Shown in pieces: positions 1-12,100 of a DNA stretch of 64,000 bases (its first letter is position 1; each line of letters starts with the position of its first letter). Both the position numbers and the translations under genes were made by a program. Below the pieces are notes generated by a model. The model worked only from the letters and a program-made list of their open reading frames with translations. It made no database searches and had not been told where the DNA came from. The DNA lies in assembly GCA_945882915.1 (NCBI GenBank), contig CAMCWV010000009.1, positions 4,735 through 68,734 on the forward strand, read 5' to 3'. This DNA comes from Waddlia chondrophila WSU 86-1044 (GTDB lineage: Bacteria; Chlamydiota; Chlamydiia; Chlamydiales; CAMCWV01).

Positions 1-202
1 TAGCAAATCATCGTCCTCCCTCCCGCCCTTACTAAAAGTCGTCGATGATATTAACGGTATCTGTTTTAAAGCTTTGAATGGATTTGAAGTAAGCGGCTGT
101 TGCGCTCTTTGAGGACTGTACGAAACTGTAGCTTGCTAAGGTTGAATGGACTCGACATGTCGAGCCCTAACAAAGCTAGGACAAGTCCCAGCACTCCAAA
201 GA

Positions 203-402
203 GCTTCGCTAACGCTACGCTCCTACTGCTTCGCTAACGCTTAGCTCCTACTGCTTCGCTAACGCTACGCTCCTACTGCTTCGCTAACGCTACGCTCCTA
301 CTGCTTCGCTAACGCTACGCTCCTACTGCTTCGCTAACGCTTAGCTCCTACTGCTTCGCTAACGCTTAGCTCCTACTGCTTCGCTAACGCTTAGCTCCTA
401 CT
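203..402. repeat. Tandem array of 8 x 25-bp units GCTTCGCTAACGC(TAC/TTA)GCTCCTACT
   Basis: Units read directly at 203, 228, 253, 278, 303, 328, 353 and 378; only a 3-nt segment varies; no spacers. Confidence 0.95.
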
Positions 403-464
403 GCTTTGCTGCCGCTCGCTTCCTTCGGCTTTTTTGTTTTTGCTGGTCGTGGTAGGATGGGGGA

Positions 465-1679
465 ATGGATGTTTATAAAGCGGCAAAAGCAATTGTTGAG
501 AAGCTGGTCTCGAAGGGGCACATTGCCTACTTTGCTGGGGGATGGGTGCGCGACTATCTTTTGGGAAAGCCTTCAAGCGATATTGACATCGCAACGAGCG
601 CGACCCCTGAGCAGGTGATGGCCCTCTTCCCACGAACAGTTCCTGTAGGGATCTCTTTTGGAGTGGTGCTGGTCGTTATTGGCGAGCATCCCTTTGAGGT
701 CGCCACCTTCCGCCTTGATGGGGGTTATGTTGATGGGCGCCGTCCAGAAAGCATCGAGCTCTCGACACCAGAAGAAGACGCAATCCGCCGCGACTTCACC
801 ATTAACGGAATGTTTTACGACCCCCGTACTGAACATGTTTACGACTATGTAAAGGGGCGTCAGGACCTTCAAAACAAGATTATCCGAGCGATCGGAAATC
901 CACACGAGCGTTTCCGTGAGGACAGGCTCCGGATGGTGCGCGCTGTCCGTTTTGCTGCCCGTCTTGACTTCGCGCTAGACCCAGACACCGAGCAGGCAAT
1001 TGTTGAGCACGCCCCTACGCTTTTCCCGGCTGTTGCTATGGAGAGGATCTGGCAAGAGCTTGTAAAGATCGTTGAGAACGGAAGGGCTGCCTGGGCATTC
1101 GTAAAAATGCACGAGCTTGGCCTTCTCCAAGAGATCTTTCCAGAGCTCAAAGTAGTCTCTAATGCAGAGATCAAAAAAATGGTGGCAGCTTACGCGCGCT
1201 TTCCAAAAGAGGCTCCAGAAATTGCGTGGGTGGTGGCGCTGTTTCCCGAGGTCTCTTTGGAAGGGCAGCTTGCGCTTTGTGAGAGGCTGAAAATCTCTAC
1301 GGCAGACAGCAGGTTTGTGTTGTTCCTGTGGGAGACGCGTGAGAGGGTTTTAAGAAACGAAGTTGGCGATGTCGAGTGGGTGTATTTCTATGCGGATGCC
1401 AGAGCGAAACTATCTTTAGAGGTGATTGCAGCGCGAATGGAGACAAGTGTCTCTGAGGCGTTTTTAAAGACACATTTCGACAGGCAGTCACGTTTGCAGG
1501 CCCACATTAAACGTTTGCAGTCCAAACATCCTGTCGTGACATCACAGATGCTCCGCGCTCGCGGAGTAACCCCCGGCAAGCTCATGGGCGACCTTCTTCG
1601 CGAGGCCGAAAAGCTCGCCATCACGCGTAACCTCGACTCCCCAGAAGCCATCCTCGCCCTCCTGCTGCCTCATCCATAG
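465..1679 (+). CDS. cca: CCA tRNA nucleotidyltransferase (class II)
   Basis: GGWVRD, DIDIAT, RRDFTINGM and EDRLRMVRAVRF motifs; flexible loop YVDGRRP. Confidence 0.85.
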   Translation: MDVYKAAKAIVEKLVSKGHIAYFAGGWVRDYLLGKPSSDIDIATSATPEQVMALFPRTVPVGISFGVVLVVIGEHPFEVATFRLDGGYVDGRRPESIELSTPEEDAIRRDFTINGMFYDPRTEHVYDYVKGRQDLQNKIIRAIGNPHERFREDRLRMVRAVRFAARLDFALDPDTEQAIVEHAPTLFPAVAMERIWQELVKIVENGRAAWAFVKMHELGLLQEIFPELKVVSNAEIKKMVAAYARFPKEAPEIAWVVALFPEVSLEGQLALCERLKISTADSRFVLFLWETRERVLRNEVGDVEWVYFYADARAKLSLEVIAARMETSVSEAFLKTHFDRQSRLQAHIKRLQSKHPVVTSQMLRARGVTPGKLMGDLLREAEKLAITRNLDSPEAILALLLPHP

Positions 1680-1691
1680 CGGTAACTAAGC

Positions 1692-1739
1692 GGCGGAGCC
1701 GTGACAGATGCTAGTACAGCGTAAAGCAATTTCATTTAA
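1692..1739. repeat. Fragment of palindromic family C
   Basis: GGCGGAGCCGTGACAGATGCTAG resembles the arm at 14362; the rest matches 50901-50930 in reverse. Confidence 0.65.
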
Positions 1740-2009
1740 GCTTTGCCCGCATAATCCCTATTGCAGCCTTACAGGCTGCGTAGGCTATATTCGCTTATAC
1801 CCAGGGCGTTTCCCTGGGCTGTTTGCAATTTCAGCCTTTCAGGCTGAGATTTTATGCAAAAGAGCTTAGTTGCTATAAAATCGTCCCAGCTTCTCTAGTT
1901 CAGCCTGAAAGGCTGAAAATGCAAACAGCGTAAGGGCGGCGCCCTGGGTATAAGCGAATACAGCCTATTGCAGCCTGTAAGGCTGCAATAGGGATTATGC
2001 GGGAGGCGC
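1740..2009. mobile_element. Family B MITE, long form with internal REP-like hairpins
   Basis: Arms TTGCCCGCATAAT..GCAGCCTTACAGGCTGC; internal CAGCCTGAAAGGCTG and GGGCGGCGCCC hairpins; inverted near-copy at 14466-14747. Confidence 0.85.
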
Positions 2010-2026
2010 CTTTAGCGGAAGTGTTA

Positions 2027-3988
2027 TCAAGCTCTGCGCTTGAGGACGAGGATGGAGATGTCGTCGTGCTGGGGGGCGCCGGTGGCAAAGGTGAGCACCG
2101 CCTCGAGAATCGATTGACTGATCTCTTCAGCTGTTCTAGCGCTTTCAGCCTGGAGTAGCATCTCTAGGCGGTTTGATTTAAAGAGCTGGCCTTCTTTACT
2201 ATGCGCTTCTGTCACGCCATCAGTATAGAAAAGCACGCATTCGCCAGGGCCCAAATGGACGCTCTTTGGATCAACGTGCGTGAGCTCGACAACACCCATG
2301 GCAATCCCTGGCGTTGTGAGGTGCTCGACTCTCCCATCTTTGCGGCAGAGAAATGCTGGCGGATGGCCGCAAGAGGCGTAGGTAAGCATATGCGATTCTG
2401 TGTCGTACAGAGCCATAAAGTTTGTGACAAACACTCCCAGGTCAGAGGTGTCTTTGCACATCAAGTTGTTTGCGTTAACAATCACTGCTCCAAGGTCATT
2501 ACTTTTGTTTACATAGCTTCTTAGCATACTTCTGAGTGATATCGAATAGAGACAGGCAGAAATCCCCTTGTCAGAAGCATCGGCCATTGTCAGCACAATT
2601 ATGCTAGATCCAGGCTTGCCCTCTTCTGGTTTGCTTCCCTCTTTAACAAAGACATCGTAGAAGTCTCCGCCAACCTCCTTTGCAGGGAGGCACTTGCCGG
2701 CAAGTTCAATCCCCTCAATTCTCGGCATCTCTTTTGGGATGAGGCTCATTTGGATCTCGTGGCCGATCATCAACTCTTTTGAGAGAGTTTCCTTTTGCAC
2801 GCGCTCAACCTCGGCAACATGCATTTGCGAAAGGAGCGAGGAGATCATCTGATTAAAGATCCCGCCAACGGTGTTGATTTCAAAGCCTAACCTCTCTGGC
2901 ATAAAGCGCGCAGCAAGATCTCCGCCTCCCACCGCTTCCATTACCTTGCAGAGACTGCGGAAGGGTTTGGCAAGCCTTATGGTGAGCCAATAGGTCAGCC
3001 AGCCGCCAATAGCAAAGATAAGGGCAATCACACTCATTGCCTTCCAGAGTGCTTTTAAGAAGGGGTCGAATATTGCATCCTTGTCGGCATCGGCCATGAG
3101 GCGTAGCCCCAGGGGTTCTATGGGCGCAATAACAGCAAAGCTTATGGGGCTATCTGCCACCATGGAGTAGGCATTGTAGTCTGGAATCGGATTGAGGAAG
3201 ACGGTGCCGTGTTTAAGGGGAAGCCCTGAGTACTGGGGGCTGTTTCTAAGAGCTGTAAATGCCTCTGGAGAGATATCGCCGATGAACTGGAGTACAAGGG
3301 CGGGGTCGCTGCTCGAGAGGATGACGTTATCGCTCGTGATGAGTGAGAAGTTAACGGGGTATCCCACGTCGGCTATTTTTAAGAGGTTGTTAATCTCGTT
3401 TTGAATCGACTCAGTAATGATGACAATGCCCGATCCTTCTTTTTTCTGGGTGACCGGGTCTATCGTCTCGACTGTCCGGGCGACGTAGGCTCTTGCAATT
3501 TCGGACTTCCTGTCGATGAGGATGTAGGAGGTAGCGCCATTTTCGAGGGTATTAATGACGACAGGATCGGCGGTTAAGTCTTTGCCGATAAGTGCCGGGT
3601 CTGATGAAGCGACGCAGATCTGCCTGTCGTTTGCAGATTTAGCAAGGATGAATATGGCGTCAATAGACTTGGTTTTAGCGATTTGCGTTAGTAGCGAATT
3701 GACTTTTGGGTGAAGTTCAGGGTCGATGGCATCTGCTGAGTCGATGACCACCGTTTTTGCGATATCAGCTAGGTTTGTTACCGTCTGAAGTGTCTGAAGC
3801 AGCTCCTCGTGGATCTTAGAAAGGCTCTCTGCCTGGTTTTTGCTTAGATCCTCCAGCGCTTCAATGCCTAATGCGAGTTCTTTTTTGTATTGGGTGACCG
3901 TATTGACCACCGAGTAGATCACAAGCGGCAGCACAAAAAAGAGGAAGGCGAGAAGGAAAATTCGGAGGGCCAAGGATCGTTTTAACAT
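2027..3988 (-). CDS. rsbU: RsbU-type PP2C/SpoIIE phosphatase with extracytoplasmic sensor and HAMP domain
   Basis: Two TM segments; EVGGDFYD, ADASDKG, YTDGVTEA and QHDDIS motifs. Confidence 0.88.
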   Translation of the reverse strand: MLKRSLALRIFLLAFLFFVLPLVIYSVVNTVTQYKKELALGIEALEDLSKNQAESLSKIHEELLQTLQTVTNLADIAKTVVIDSADAIDPELHPKVNSLLTQIAKTKSIDAIFILAKSANDRQICVASSDPALIGKDLTADPVVINTLENGATSYILIDRKSEIARAYVARTVETIDPVTQKKEGSGIVIITESIQNEINNLLKIADVGYPVNFSLITSDNVILSSSDPALVLQFIGDISPEAFTALRNSPQYSGLPLKHGTVFLNPIPDYNAYSMVADSPISFAVIAPIEPLGLRLMADADKDAIFDPFLKALWKAMSVIALIFAIGGWLTYWLTIRLAKPFRSLCKVMEAVGGGDLAARFMPERLGFEINTVGGIFNQMISSLLSQMHVAEVERVQKETLSKELMIGHEIQMSLIPKEMPRIEGIELAGKCLPAKEVGGDFYDVFVKEGSKPEEGKPGSSIIVLTMADASDKGISACLYSISLRSMLRSYVNKSNDLGAVIVNANNLMCKDTSDLGVFVTNFMALYDTESHMLTYASCGHPPAFLCRKDGRVEHLTTPGIAMGVVELTHVDPKSVHLGPGECVLFYTDGVTEAHSKEGQLFKSNRLEMLLQAESARTAEEISQSILEAVLTFATGAPQHDDISILVLKRRA

Positions 3989-4023
3989 CTTAATTGGGGT
4001 CCTATGTATCCTATTATGTTGAC

Positions 4024-4187
4024 TATACTCCGCTTAGCTGAAAATGGGAACTTGGACGGCACCAAAGCCCCGGGGCTGAACGATCGCAAGTACCCTTTGT
4101 ATTTCTAATACTAAGGCACTTGCGATCGTTCAGCCGCGGGAGCTTTCGCACCAGTCCACATTCCCATTTTCAGCTGCGAGGAGTATA
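4024..4187. mobile_element. Family A MITE with internal palindromic cargo type 1
   Basis: TIR TATACTCCGCTTAGCTGAAAATGGGAA; inner IR GGCTGAACGATCGCAAGT; inverted copy at 35249-35413. Confidence 0.9.
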
Positions 4188-4239
4188 TATCGACCGATTA
4201 ATGATTTTTTGCAAATAAAGCGAGTCTTATAGTGGATTT

Positions 4240-4983
4240 ATGAAGCGAATTACAAGTGCGCAGCACCTCCTAGTCAAACACCTCGTCAAGGTGCGCGAAG
4301 AGCGAAGCTACCGCCATCAAAATAAGAGCGTCGTCGTTGTGGGCAACAAGCTCGTTGAGGAGATGTGCGAGCGCTTCCCTGCGTCTGCCATTAAATGCCT
4401 TCTTGTTATAGAAGGGTACGCACCACCAAACATCGCCTGCGAAGAGATCATTGAGGTGCCCGAAGCCATCATGAAGAAAATTGCGGGCGTTGTGGCTCCA
4501 GAGCCTCTTCTTGCAGAGGTGGCCATGCCAGCCCCTGCTGATCTTAGCGGCAAGAAGTTTATTCTCGTGATGGACGGGATTGCCGATCCAGGGAACATGG
4601 GGACTTTGCTGCGAACAGCACTTGCCTTGGGCTGGCAAGGGGCGTGGATCATGAACAACTGTGTTGACCCCTATAATGACAAGGTTTTGCGCGCAGCGCG
4701 CGGGGCAACGTTCCGGCTCCCTTTCCGTATGGGAGAGTGGGAAGATCTTATAGAATTTACGGCAAAAAATAAGCTTCAGCTTTTGGCGGCAGATCTGGAA
4801 GGGGCATCTCCTGCTGCAATCGGCGCAGGAGGACCTAAGGCGCTTGTCTTAAGCAACGAGGCGCAGGGGCTTTCGGTAGAGGCGCGCGCCTACTGCAAGC
4901 AGGTCACCGTGCCGATGAAGGGGGATGTCGAATCGCTAAACGTCGCCATCGCCGGCGGCATCCTCATGTACTGCCTCATTTAA
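4240..4983 (+). CDS. TrmH/SpoU family RNA methyltransferase
   Basis: DPGNMGTLLRTA and ESLNVAIAGGI motifs. Confidence 0.9.
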   Translation: MKRITSAQHLLVKHLVKVREERSYRHQNKSVVVVGNKLVEEMCERFPASAIKCLLVIEGYAPPNIACEEIIEVPEAIMKKIAGVVAPEPLLAEVAMPAPADLSGKKFILVMDGIADPGNMGTLLRTALALGWQGAWIMNNCVDPYNDKVLRAARGATFRLPFRMGEWEDLIEFTAKNKLQLLAADLEGASPAAIGAGGPKALVLSNEAQGLSVEARAYCKQVTVPMKGDVESLNVAIAGGILMYCLI

Positions 4984-4987
4984 AGCA

Positions 4988-5052
4988 GGCGTTGCCCGCA
5001 TAATTGCAATTGCAGCCTTACAGGCTGCAATTGCAATTATGCGGGCAATGCC
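4988..5052. mobile_element. Family B MITE, short near-perfect palindrome
   Basis: GGCGTTGCCCGCATAATTGCAATTGCAGCCT-TAC-AGGCTGCAATTGCAATTATGCGGGCAATGCC. Confidence 0.9.
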
Positions 5053-5099
5053 TGTGTTCTCTGTGTTTTAGAAGAATTAATCAGTGAGGAAGGTGTGGC

Positions 5100-6248
5100 A
5101 TGACGCGTCATCGTCAACATGAAGAAGAAGAGTGGGAGCACTTGACTCCAGACGTTGGGAAAGAAGCCAAGCGCGGCCGGAAGATCGCCTCTGCAACCGA
5201 CCGTTCAAAGTACAAGAAGACCGATCAGGTAAAGCTCAAGAAGCAGCAGCAAGAGCAAGGGTTAGCCAAGATCGCCGGCAAGACCTTGCGAAGAGGGCGG
5301 ATCCTTTCGATCTCCCCTCAGGCGGTGACTGTCGACAGCGAAGGTGTCGAATTCTCGTGCTCCATGCGAGGAGCCCTTAAGCAAGAGATAACCCGCATGA
5401 AAAACCTCATCACCGTTGGGGATTTTGTCTCTTTTGAAGCCGGCGTAGGGCAGGAAGGGGCGATTGCGCACGTCGAAGAGCGAAGATCAATGCTTGCCCG
5501 AATGGATCACTTTTCAAAGCGCAAGCAGCAGCTCATTGCCGCAAACATCGACCAGGTGCTCATCACCCTTTCTGTGCTCTCTCCAGCTCTTAAACCCTTT
5601 CTTGCCGATCGATACATCATCGCCGCCCTAAAAGGGAACATGACCCCCATTCTGGTTATCAACAAAATTGACTTTCTTAAATCGCCGCCTGGAGGGATTG
5701 ACAAAGAGACCCTCTATCAAGAGCGCCTTCTTTACGAAGAGTTTTGTGAAACTTATGCTGCACTGGACATTCCTCTCTTTCCTGTCAGCTGCCGCACAGG
5801 CCAGGGGCTCGATGAGCTTAAAGAGGTAATGCAGGGGAAGGCTTCTGTCTTCTCGGGGCAATCAGGCGTCGGAAAGTCTTCGTTAATTAATGTTGTTACG
5901 GGTTTAGATTTGCGCACCGGTGACATTCGAGAAAATGTCCATAAAGGGGCTCACACAACCTCTTCAGCGCAGCTTATTCCCCTTTCTTTTGGCGGGTGGT
6001 GCATCGATACCCCGGGGATACGGAGCTTTGGGATGTGGGATATGCAGCCAGAAGAAGTTGTAAAGTATTTCCCGGAAATAGATGCGTTAGGGCATGAGTG
6101 TCATTTCCCAAACTGCACGCACACGCACGAACCTGAATGTGCTGTGCTCAAGGCTTTGGAGAAAGAAGAAATCGGCAAGCTGCGCTACCTTTCTTACCAA
6201 AAGCTCCTTGAAGACCTTGAAGGGCAACGGAAACTCATTTTCGATTAA
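5100..6248 (+). CDS. rsgA: Ribosome small subunit-dependent GTPase A
   Basis: NKID, GQSGVGKSS, DTPG and the zinc motif CHFPNCTHTHEPEC. Confidence 0.95.
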   Translation: MTRHRQHEEEEWEHLTPDVGKEAKRGRKIASATDRSKYKKTDQVKLKKQQQEQGLAKIAGKTLRRGRILSISPQAVTVDSEGVEFSCSMRGALKQEITRMKNLITVGDFVSFEAGVGQEGAIAHVEERRSMLARMDHFSKRKQQLIAANIDQVLITLSVLSPALKPFLADRYIIAALKGNMTPILVINKIDFLKSPPGGIDKETLYQERLLYEEFCETYAALDIPLFPVSCRTGQGLDELKEVMQGKASVFSGQSGVGKSSLINVVTGLDLRTGDIRENVHKGAHTTSSAQLIPLSFGGWCIDTPGIRSFGMWDMQPEEVVKYFPEIDALGHECHFPNCTHTHEPECAVLKALEKEEIGKLRYLSYQKLLEDLEGQRKLIFD

Positions 6249-7574
<1,326 letters not shown>

Positions 7575-7590
7575 CGCGAAGCGAGGTTGT

Positions 7591-7607
7591 TTGGCACGAG
7601 AGTTGCT
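7591..7607 (+). promoter_or_regulatory. Sigma-54 -24/-12 promoter
   Basis: TTGGCACGAGAGTTGCT matches TGGCAC-N5-TTGC, 35 nt before the ATG at 7642. Confidence 0.75.
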
Positions 7608-7641
7608 ACTCCTTAGGAAACCTAAGGAAGGGGGCGCTTAG

Positions 7642-8043
7642 ATGCAGTACACAGTTGCTCTGTTTGGAGAAGCTGGAAAAGGGGAATTTCGTCAGGCCTA
7701 TTTCTGCCGGTCTCTCCCACAGCTCTTTGAAGCTTTTGGAAACCCTCCTTCAGATAGCCAAGGACTCCGCTGCGCCATTCAGGCTCTTTTTTACGAAAGA
7801 GAGATCCTCTTTTTTCGTGTAAAGGAAGAGGGGTTTAGCTTGCCCGATTACCTCGCAGGGCTACATGCCCTAGAAAACAAAAAGATCTTTTCTTCTTTAA
7901 CAGCCCTTTGTTTGCCAGGTGTGGGCGATCCCGAGATCATCCAAGCTGCAGCCTCTATTTGCTTGCTTCACAAGAGCTTGCTTGTCACAACAGAGAGAGA
8001 TCTTTACGACTATCTAACCGCCAGATCCCTCGCTCATTGTTAA
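7642..8043 (+). CDS. Conserved chlamydial-type hypothetical protein
   Basis: 133-aa ORF with a G-rich RBS; N-terminal VALFGEAGKG. Confidence 0.75.
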   Translation: MQYTVALFGEAGKGEFRQAYFCRSLPQLFEAFGNPPSDSQGLRCAIQALFYEREILFFRVKEEGFSLPDYLAGLHALENKKIFSSLTALCLPGVGDPEIIQAAASICLLHKSLLVTTERDLYDYLTARSLAHC

Positions 8044-8173
8044 AAAGAGTATCTTTTGGCTGTCTTTGCAGTCTCCCGTCTGCCGCCTACCTCTATAGGT
8101 AGGTCAGCAGAGGGGAGATTGTAAATCCAATCCAAAATCCGCTCTTTTTTGAAAAGGTGGGAAAAATTTGTCG

Positions 8174-8818
8174 TTAGTCGCTGTTTCCAAATCTTTTTTG
8201 AGCATCCTGTAGCCAATGTTCGGCGCCAATTGTCGTTGGGTCTCCATGTCCAGGGTAAACCTTTGTGATAGCGGGGAGGTGAGAGAGCTTGATAAGTGAC
8301 TTCCACATTGCATCAGGCTCGCCTGTCGGAATGGAGAGCCTTCCCATGGTTCCGCAAAAAAGAGTGTCTCCGGAGATAAGAGCGCCATGCTCTTTGATAT
8401 AAAAACATACGCCGCCAGGTGTGTGCCCTGGAGTTTCTAGTGCCTCAAGTTTTAAGTTCCCTACAGAAATGATGTCCCCTTCCCCAAAAAAGCCACCGGG
8501 CTCTACAGGTTCTATCGAGATGAAAAGAGGGATGCCGTCGCTTCCTGGCTCTTCGAGATTTTTGGCATCTTTAGGATGAACTAAAACGGGGACTTGATAG
8601 GTGGCCTTCATGTCGGCGGCGTCGGCGATATGGTCCCAATGAGAATGTGTTAAGAGGATTTTCTGAACATGCAACCCCTGTTTTTCTATAAAGGGGATGA
8701 TCGTGAGAGTGCTTTGAGGGGCTGGATCGATGATGGCTGTTTTTTTTGTGTCGGAACAGGCGATGACGTAAGCGTTGGTTTTGAAGGGTCCTGAAGGAAA
8801 TACCTGAATGATCATCAT
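8174..8818 (-). CDS. MBL-fold metallo-hydrolase (glyoxalase II-like)
   Basis: THSHWDH, TPGHTPG, SGDTLF and PGHG motifs; start moved to ATG 8818 because the longer ORF runs into a MITE. Confidence 0.9.
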   Translation of the reverse strand: MMIIQVFPSGPFKTNAYVIACSDTKKTAIIDPAPQSTLTIIPFIEKQGLHVQKILLTHSHWDHIADAADMKATYQVPVLVHPKDAKNLEEPGSDGIPLFISIEPVEPGGFFGEGDIISVGNLKLEALETPGHTPGGVCFYIKEHGALISGDTLFCGTMGRLSIPTGEPDAMWKSLIKLSHLPAITKVYPGHGDPTTIGAEHWLQDAQKRFGNSD

Positions 8819-8866
8819 GGCGTTCCTGTTAATGCTTGTGGTTAGTACTTGTAACTTAAGAGGAGT

Positions 8867-9028
8867 ATATACTCCTCTTAGCTGAAAACGGGAATTTGGG
8901 CTAGCGCGAAAGAAAAAAAGAGAAGAAGCCCTTAGCAATTAAAGGGTTACCTTCTGGAGAGGGCAAACGCTAAAGCAGCGGGAACTTTGGAGCCGTCCAA
9001 ATTCCCATTTTCAGCTAAGCGGAGTATA
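8867..9028. mobile_element. Family A MITE with cargo type 2
   Basis: TIRs TATACTCCTCTTAGCTGAAAACGGGAATTTGG; cargo shared with 53980-54126 (inverted). Confidence 0.9.
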
Positions 9029-9038
9029 TTAGAGGGTT

Positions 9039-9112
9039 TGCACCGGAGAGGATTCGAACCTCTGACCTTTCGGTTCGTAGCCGAATGCTCTATCCAGCTG
9101 AGCTACCGGTGC
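9039..9112 (-). tRNA. tRNA-Arg (ACG), CCA not encoded
   Basis: GCACCGG acceptor, TAGCTCAGCTGGATAGAGC D arm, anticodon loop CTACGAA, GGTTCGAATCC T arm. Confidence 0.96.
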
Positions 9113-9159
9113 GAAAGCGAGAATGTTAGCAGAAACCCCGTTTCTCATTCTACCTTTTT

Positions 9160-12100
9160 TTATTTTTCTTCTCTGTCGCCTAGGTTTCCATAGCGGTGGT
9201 AGTCAACACTTAAGCTAAGTTCGCGCAGGAAATGGAGGAGCTCGAGACGCCCAGCAGCCAAAACCGGCCGCGTAAGAAGTGTGGTTCCCGTTTCAGCAGC
9301 TGCTTTTAAAAGCTCTGGCGATGGAGGCGTAAGAAGGCGCAGCCGCTTGATTTGAGCCTCTTGCACGCGCGCAACAAACTGCTCTTCGGTCTCTTCAATG
9401 ACGCTTAAACCTTGCAAATCCGTCCAGCGGCGCAGATAGGCGTGCTTATGGGGAGCTGTGCTGATTTTTAATGGGGTGCCGCATGTAAGTGCTGCAGCGC
9501 AGGTCCTTCCAACGTTAAGGAGCGACTCTTCGCCCAAAAGGCGCAGATCCATTTGCTTGTGGGGGATGTGGTAAAAGAAATTGTCTTGGCCGCGGAGCTG
9601 ACTTAAATCAGAAGGGTTCTTTAGTAGCGCCCACCAGTAAGCGTAAGAGTGGAGCGTCGCTTCCCAAGAAGAGAGCTCTCCGAGAAGAGAGAGCTGCTCC
9701 TCAAGGAACGCTGATAACTCTAGGACTTTAGGAGAGAGGCTCCCTTCTTGATGGGGGTTTTGTTTTTTAGAGGCATGCATGAATTCAATGAGGTAATTAG
9801 GCCCGCCCGCTTTAGCCCCAGGGCCAAAGCTGCTCGCCTTTGTTCCTCCAAAAGGTTGCCTGCGGACAATGGCTCCAGTGATCCCTCTGTTGATGTAGAG
9901 ATTTCCCGCTTCGATCGAGTTAATCCACGGTTTGTAATCGCGTTCATTGAGACTATGGAGCCCTGCAGTTAAGCCGTAAGGGGTCCCATTTGCAAGTCGA
10001 ATAGCGTGATCAAGATTCTCTGCGCGCATGAGGCTAAGAACGGGGCCAAAAAATTCTGTTTGATGGCACCAGCTGCCCTCTTTTACTCCAAGTCGTATTC
10101 CTGGGCTCCATAGATTGGGGTTTTGGGGGTCTTGCCCGGGTTTGAGCAGCCAGCTTTCTCCGGGATCAAGCTCTGTTAAAGCGCGAAGAAGATCTTTGCC
10201 AGGAGGGTGAATAAGGGGTGTCACCCTGCTTTTAGGATCCCATGCAGACCCCACAGGGAGGCTTGCAGCGGCATCGCGTAGCTGGTCAAGGAAGTCGGGG
10301 TCGTCATACACTTCACCCTCGCAAATGGCAAGGCTTGCAGCGCTACATTTTTGACCCGAATGGCCAAATGCTGACTGGATAAGATCTTTAATCGCCAAGT
10401 CCCTATCACAAAGGCTCGAAAGGATAATGCCGTTTTTCCCTCCCGTTTCAGCAAGAAGATCAAGTCCTGGACGAATTTTCGCAAAATGTCTTGCCGTCTC
10501 TGTTGAGCCAGTTAAAACAACTGCAGCAACTCGTGAATCAGAAACGAGCTTATTGCCAACAGGGACGCCAGGGCAAGGGAGGAATTGGAGAACCTCTTTA
10601 GAGATGCCCGCCCTCCAAAACGCCCCAGCAAGTACCCAAGCTACAAGAACAGTATCTCGAGAGGGCTTGAAGATAACGCAGTTCCCTGTCGCAAGGGCGG
10701 CTAGTATGCCTCCAGCAGGAATTGCGCAAGGGAAATTCCATGGAGTGGAAACCAAAATTGTCCCTTTTGGCTCCCACGAAATCTCTTCAAGAATATCAAG
10801 CTCTTCTGCGCTACGTCTGTAATATTCCGCAAAATCAATCGCCTCAGAAATCTCAGTATCGGCCTCTGGAATCGTTTTGCCTCCATCGCCAATCATGACC
10901 CCTATCAGCTCTTGGCGACTTTTGCGCAGCTCCTGTGCCACAGTAGCAAGCAGGTGAGAGCGCTCCTTTACTGAAATTGCCGCCCACGAGGCTTGTGCTT
11001 TCTCTGCCGTTTGCAGGGCAAGCTCTGCAAGGGCGCTATCTGCCATAGAGAATGTGTAAAATGGCTGAGATGTACTGGATGGACTTCTGGATGGATCTTT
11101 GCCAATTCCAACTTGCTGCGTATAAATTTCTTTGCCGCCAATGACAACAGGAATGGGAGAGTGGCTTCTGTCTTTCCATGTAAGGAGGAGCTCTGCTGCC
11201 CACTGACGATTGTTTGCAAGTGACCAGTCGGTATCGGGTTCGTTTTGAAAAGGGGCGTCAAGCAAGGGCGCGCGGGGAGTGTCAAGGCGGTTTTGTGTTC
11301 TGCGAGGCAGTGTGGAGACTCTGTTCATGTCTAAGCAGGCTCTCTCAAAGAGCTCTACCTGCTGCTTCCACTGTTCATTGTTGCTGGTAAGCTCAAAAGA
11401 ATGCCGAAGAAAATTTTCTGGCCCTGTGTTTTCATCAAGCCGCCTAATAAGGTAGGCCATTGCGTTTTGGAACTCTTCTTGCTTTGCAGCCGGGCAATAA
11501 AGGAGAAGGTCTCCGGTTAAGCTTTTCACCACGCGGCTGATATGCGTAGCCATCCCTTCTAACATCTCGAAGCAAACTTCTTCTTGCACGCCATTTTCTT
11601 CACGGAGGAGCATCGCATAGGCAATATCAAAGAGATTGTGGCTCCCAATGCCCAAGTGGGCTGCTTTGGCGTGCTCTGGAATGCAGCCGTAGGTTACCAT
11701 TCTCTTGAAATTGGCATCGACCTCTCCTTTTGAGGTATAAGGAGCTTGTGGCCATCCTTTAAGGGAGCTTTCGACTTTCTCCATCGCAAGGTTGGCCCCC
11801 TTTACAATGCGTATCTTGATAGGGGCGCGCCCTTGTGCTTTCCGTTCTACCGCCCATTTTGTAAGCGTCTGCTGGATCATATGAGAATCAGGCAAATAGG
11901 CCTGCAAGACGATCCCTGCACTGTAATTATAAAATTCAGGCTCATCAAGAATCTTGCAGAAGAGATCAGCCGTGAAGTGAAGGTCTCGATACTCTTCCAT
12001 ATCGAGGTTCACAAACTTTTGTTTTTTTGAGCCATCTAGACATATATAGGGGTGCGTTATGGCCATTCTATAAAGCTCTCTTAGCCTGTCAGAGAGGACC

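Noticed and set aside
203-402. CRISPR array
   Set aside because: Units are contiguous with no unique spacers, and no cas genes are in the window.
8819-8938. N-terminal extension of the MBL hydrolase ORF
   Set aside because: It is the translation of a family A arm (SPNSRFQLRGVY), which also appears in spurious ORFs at 35191 and 35347.
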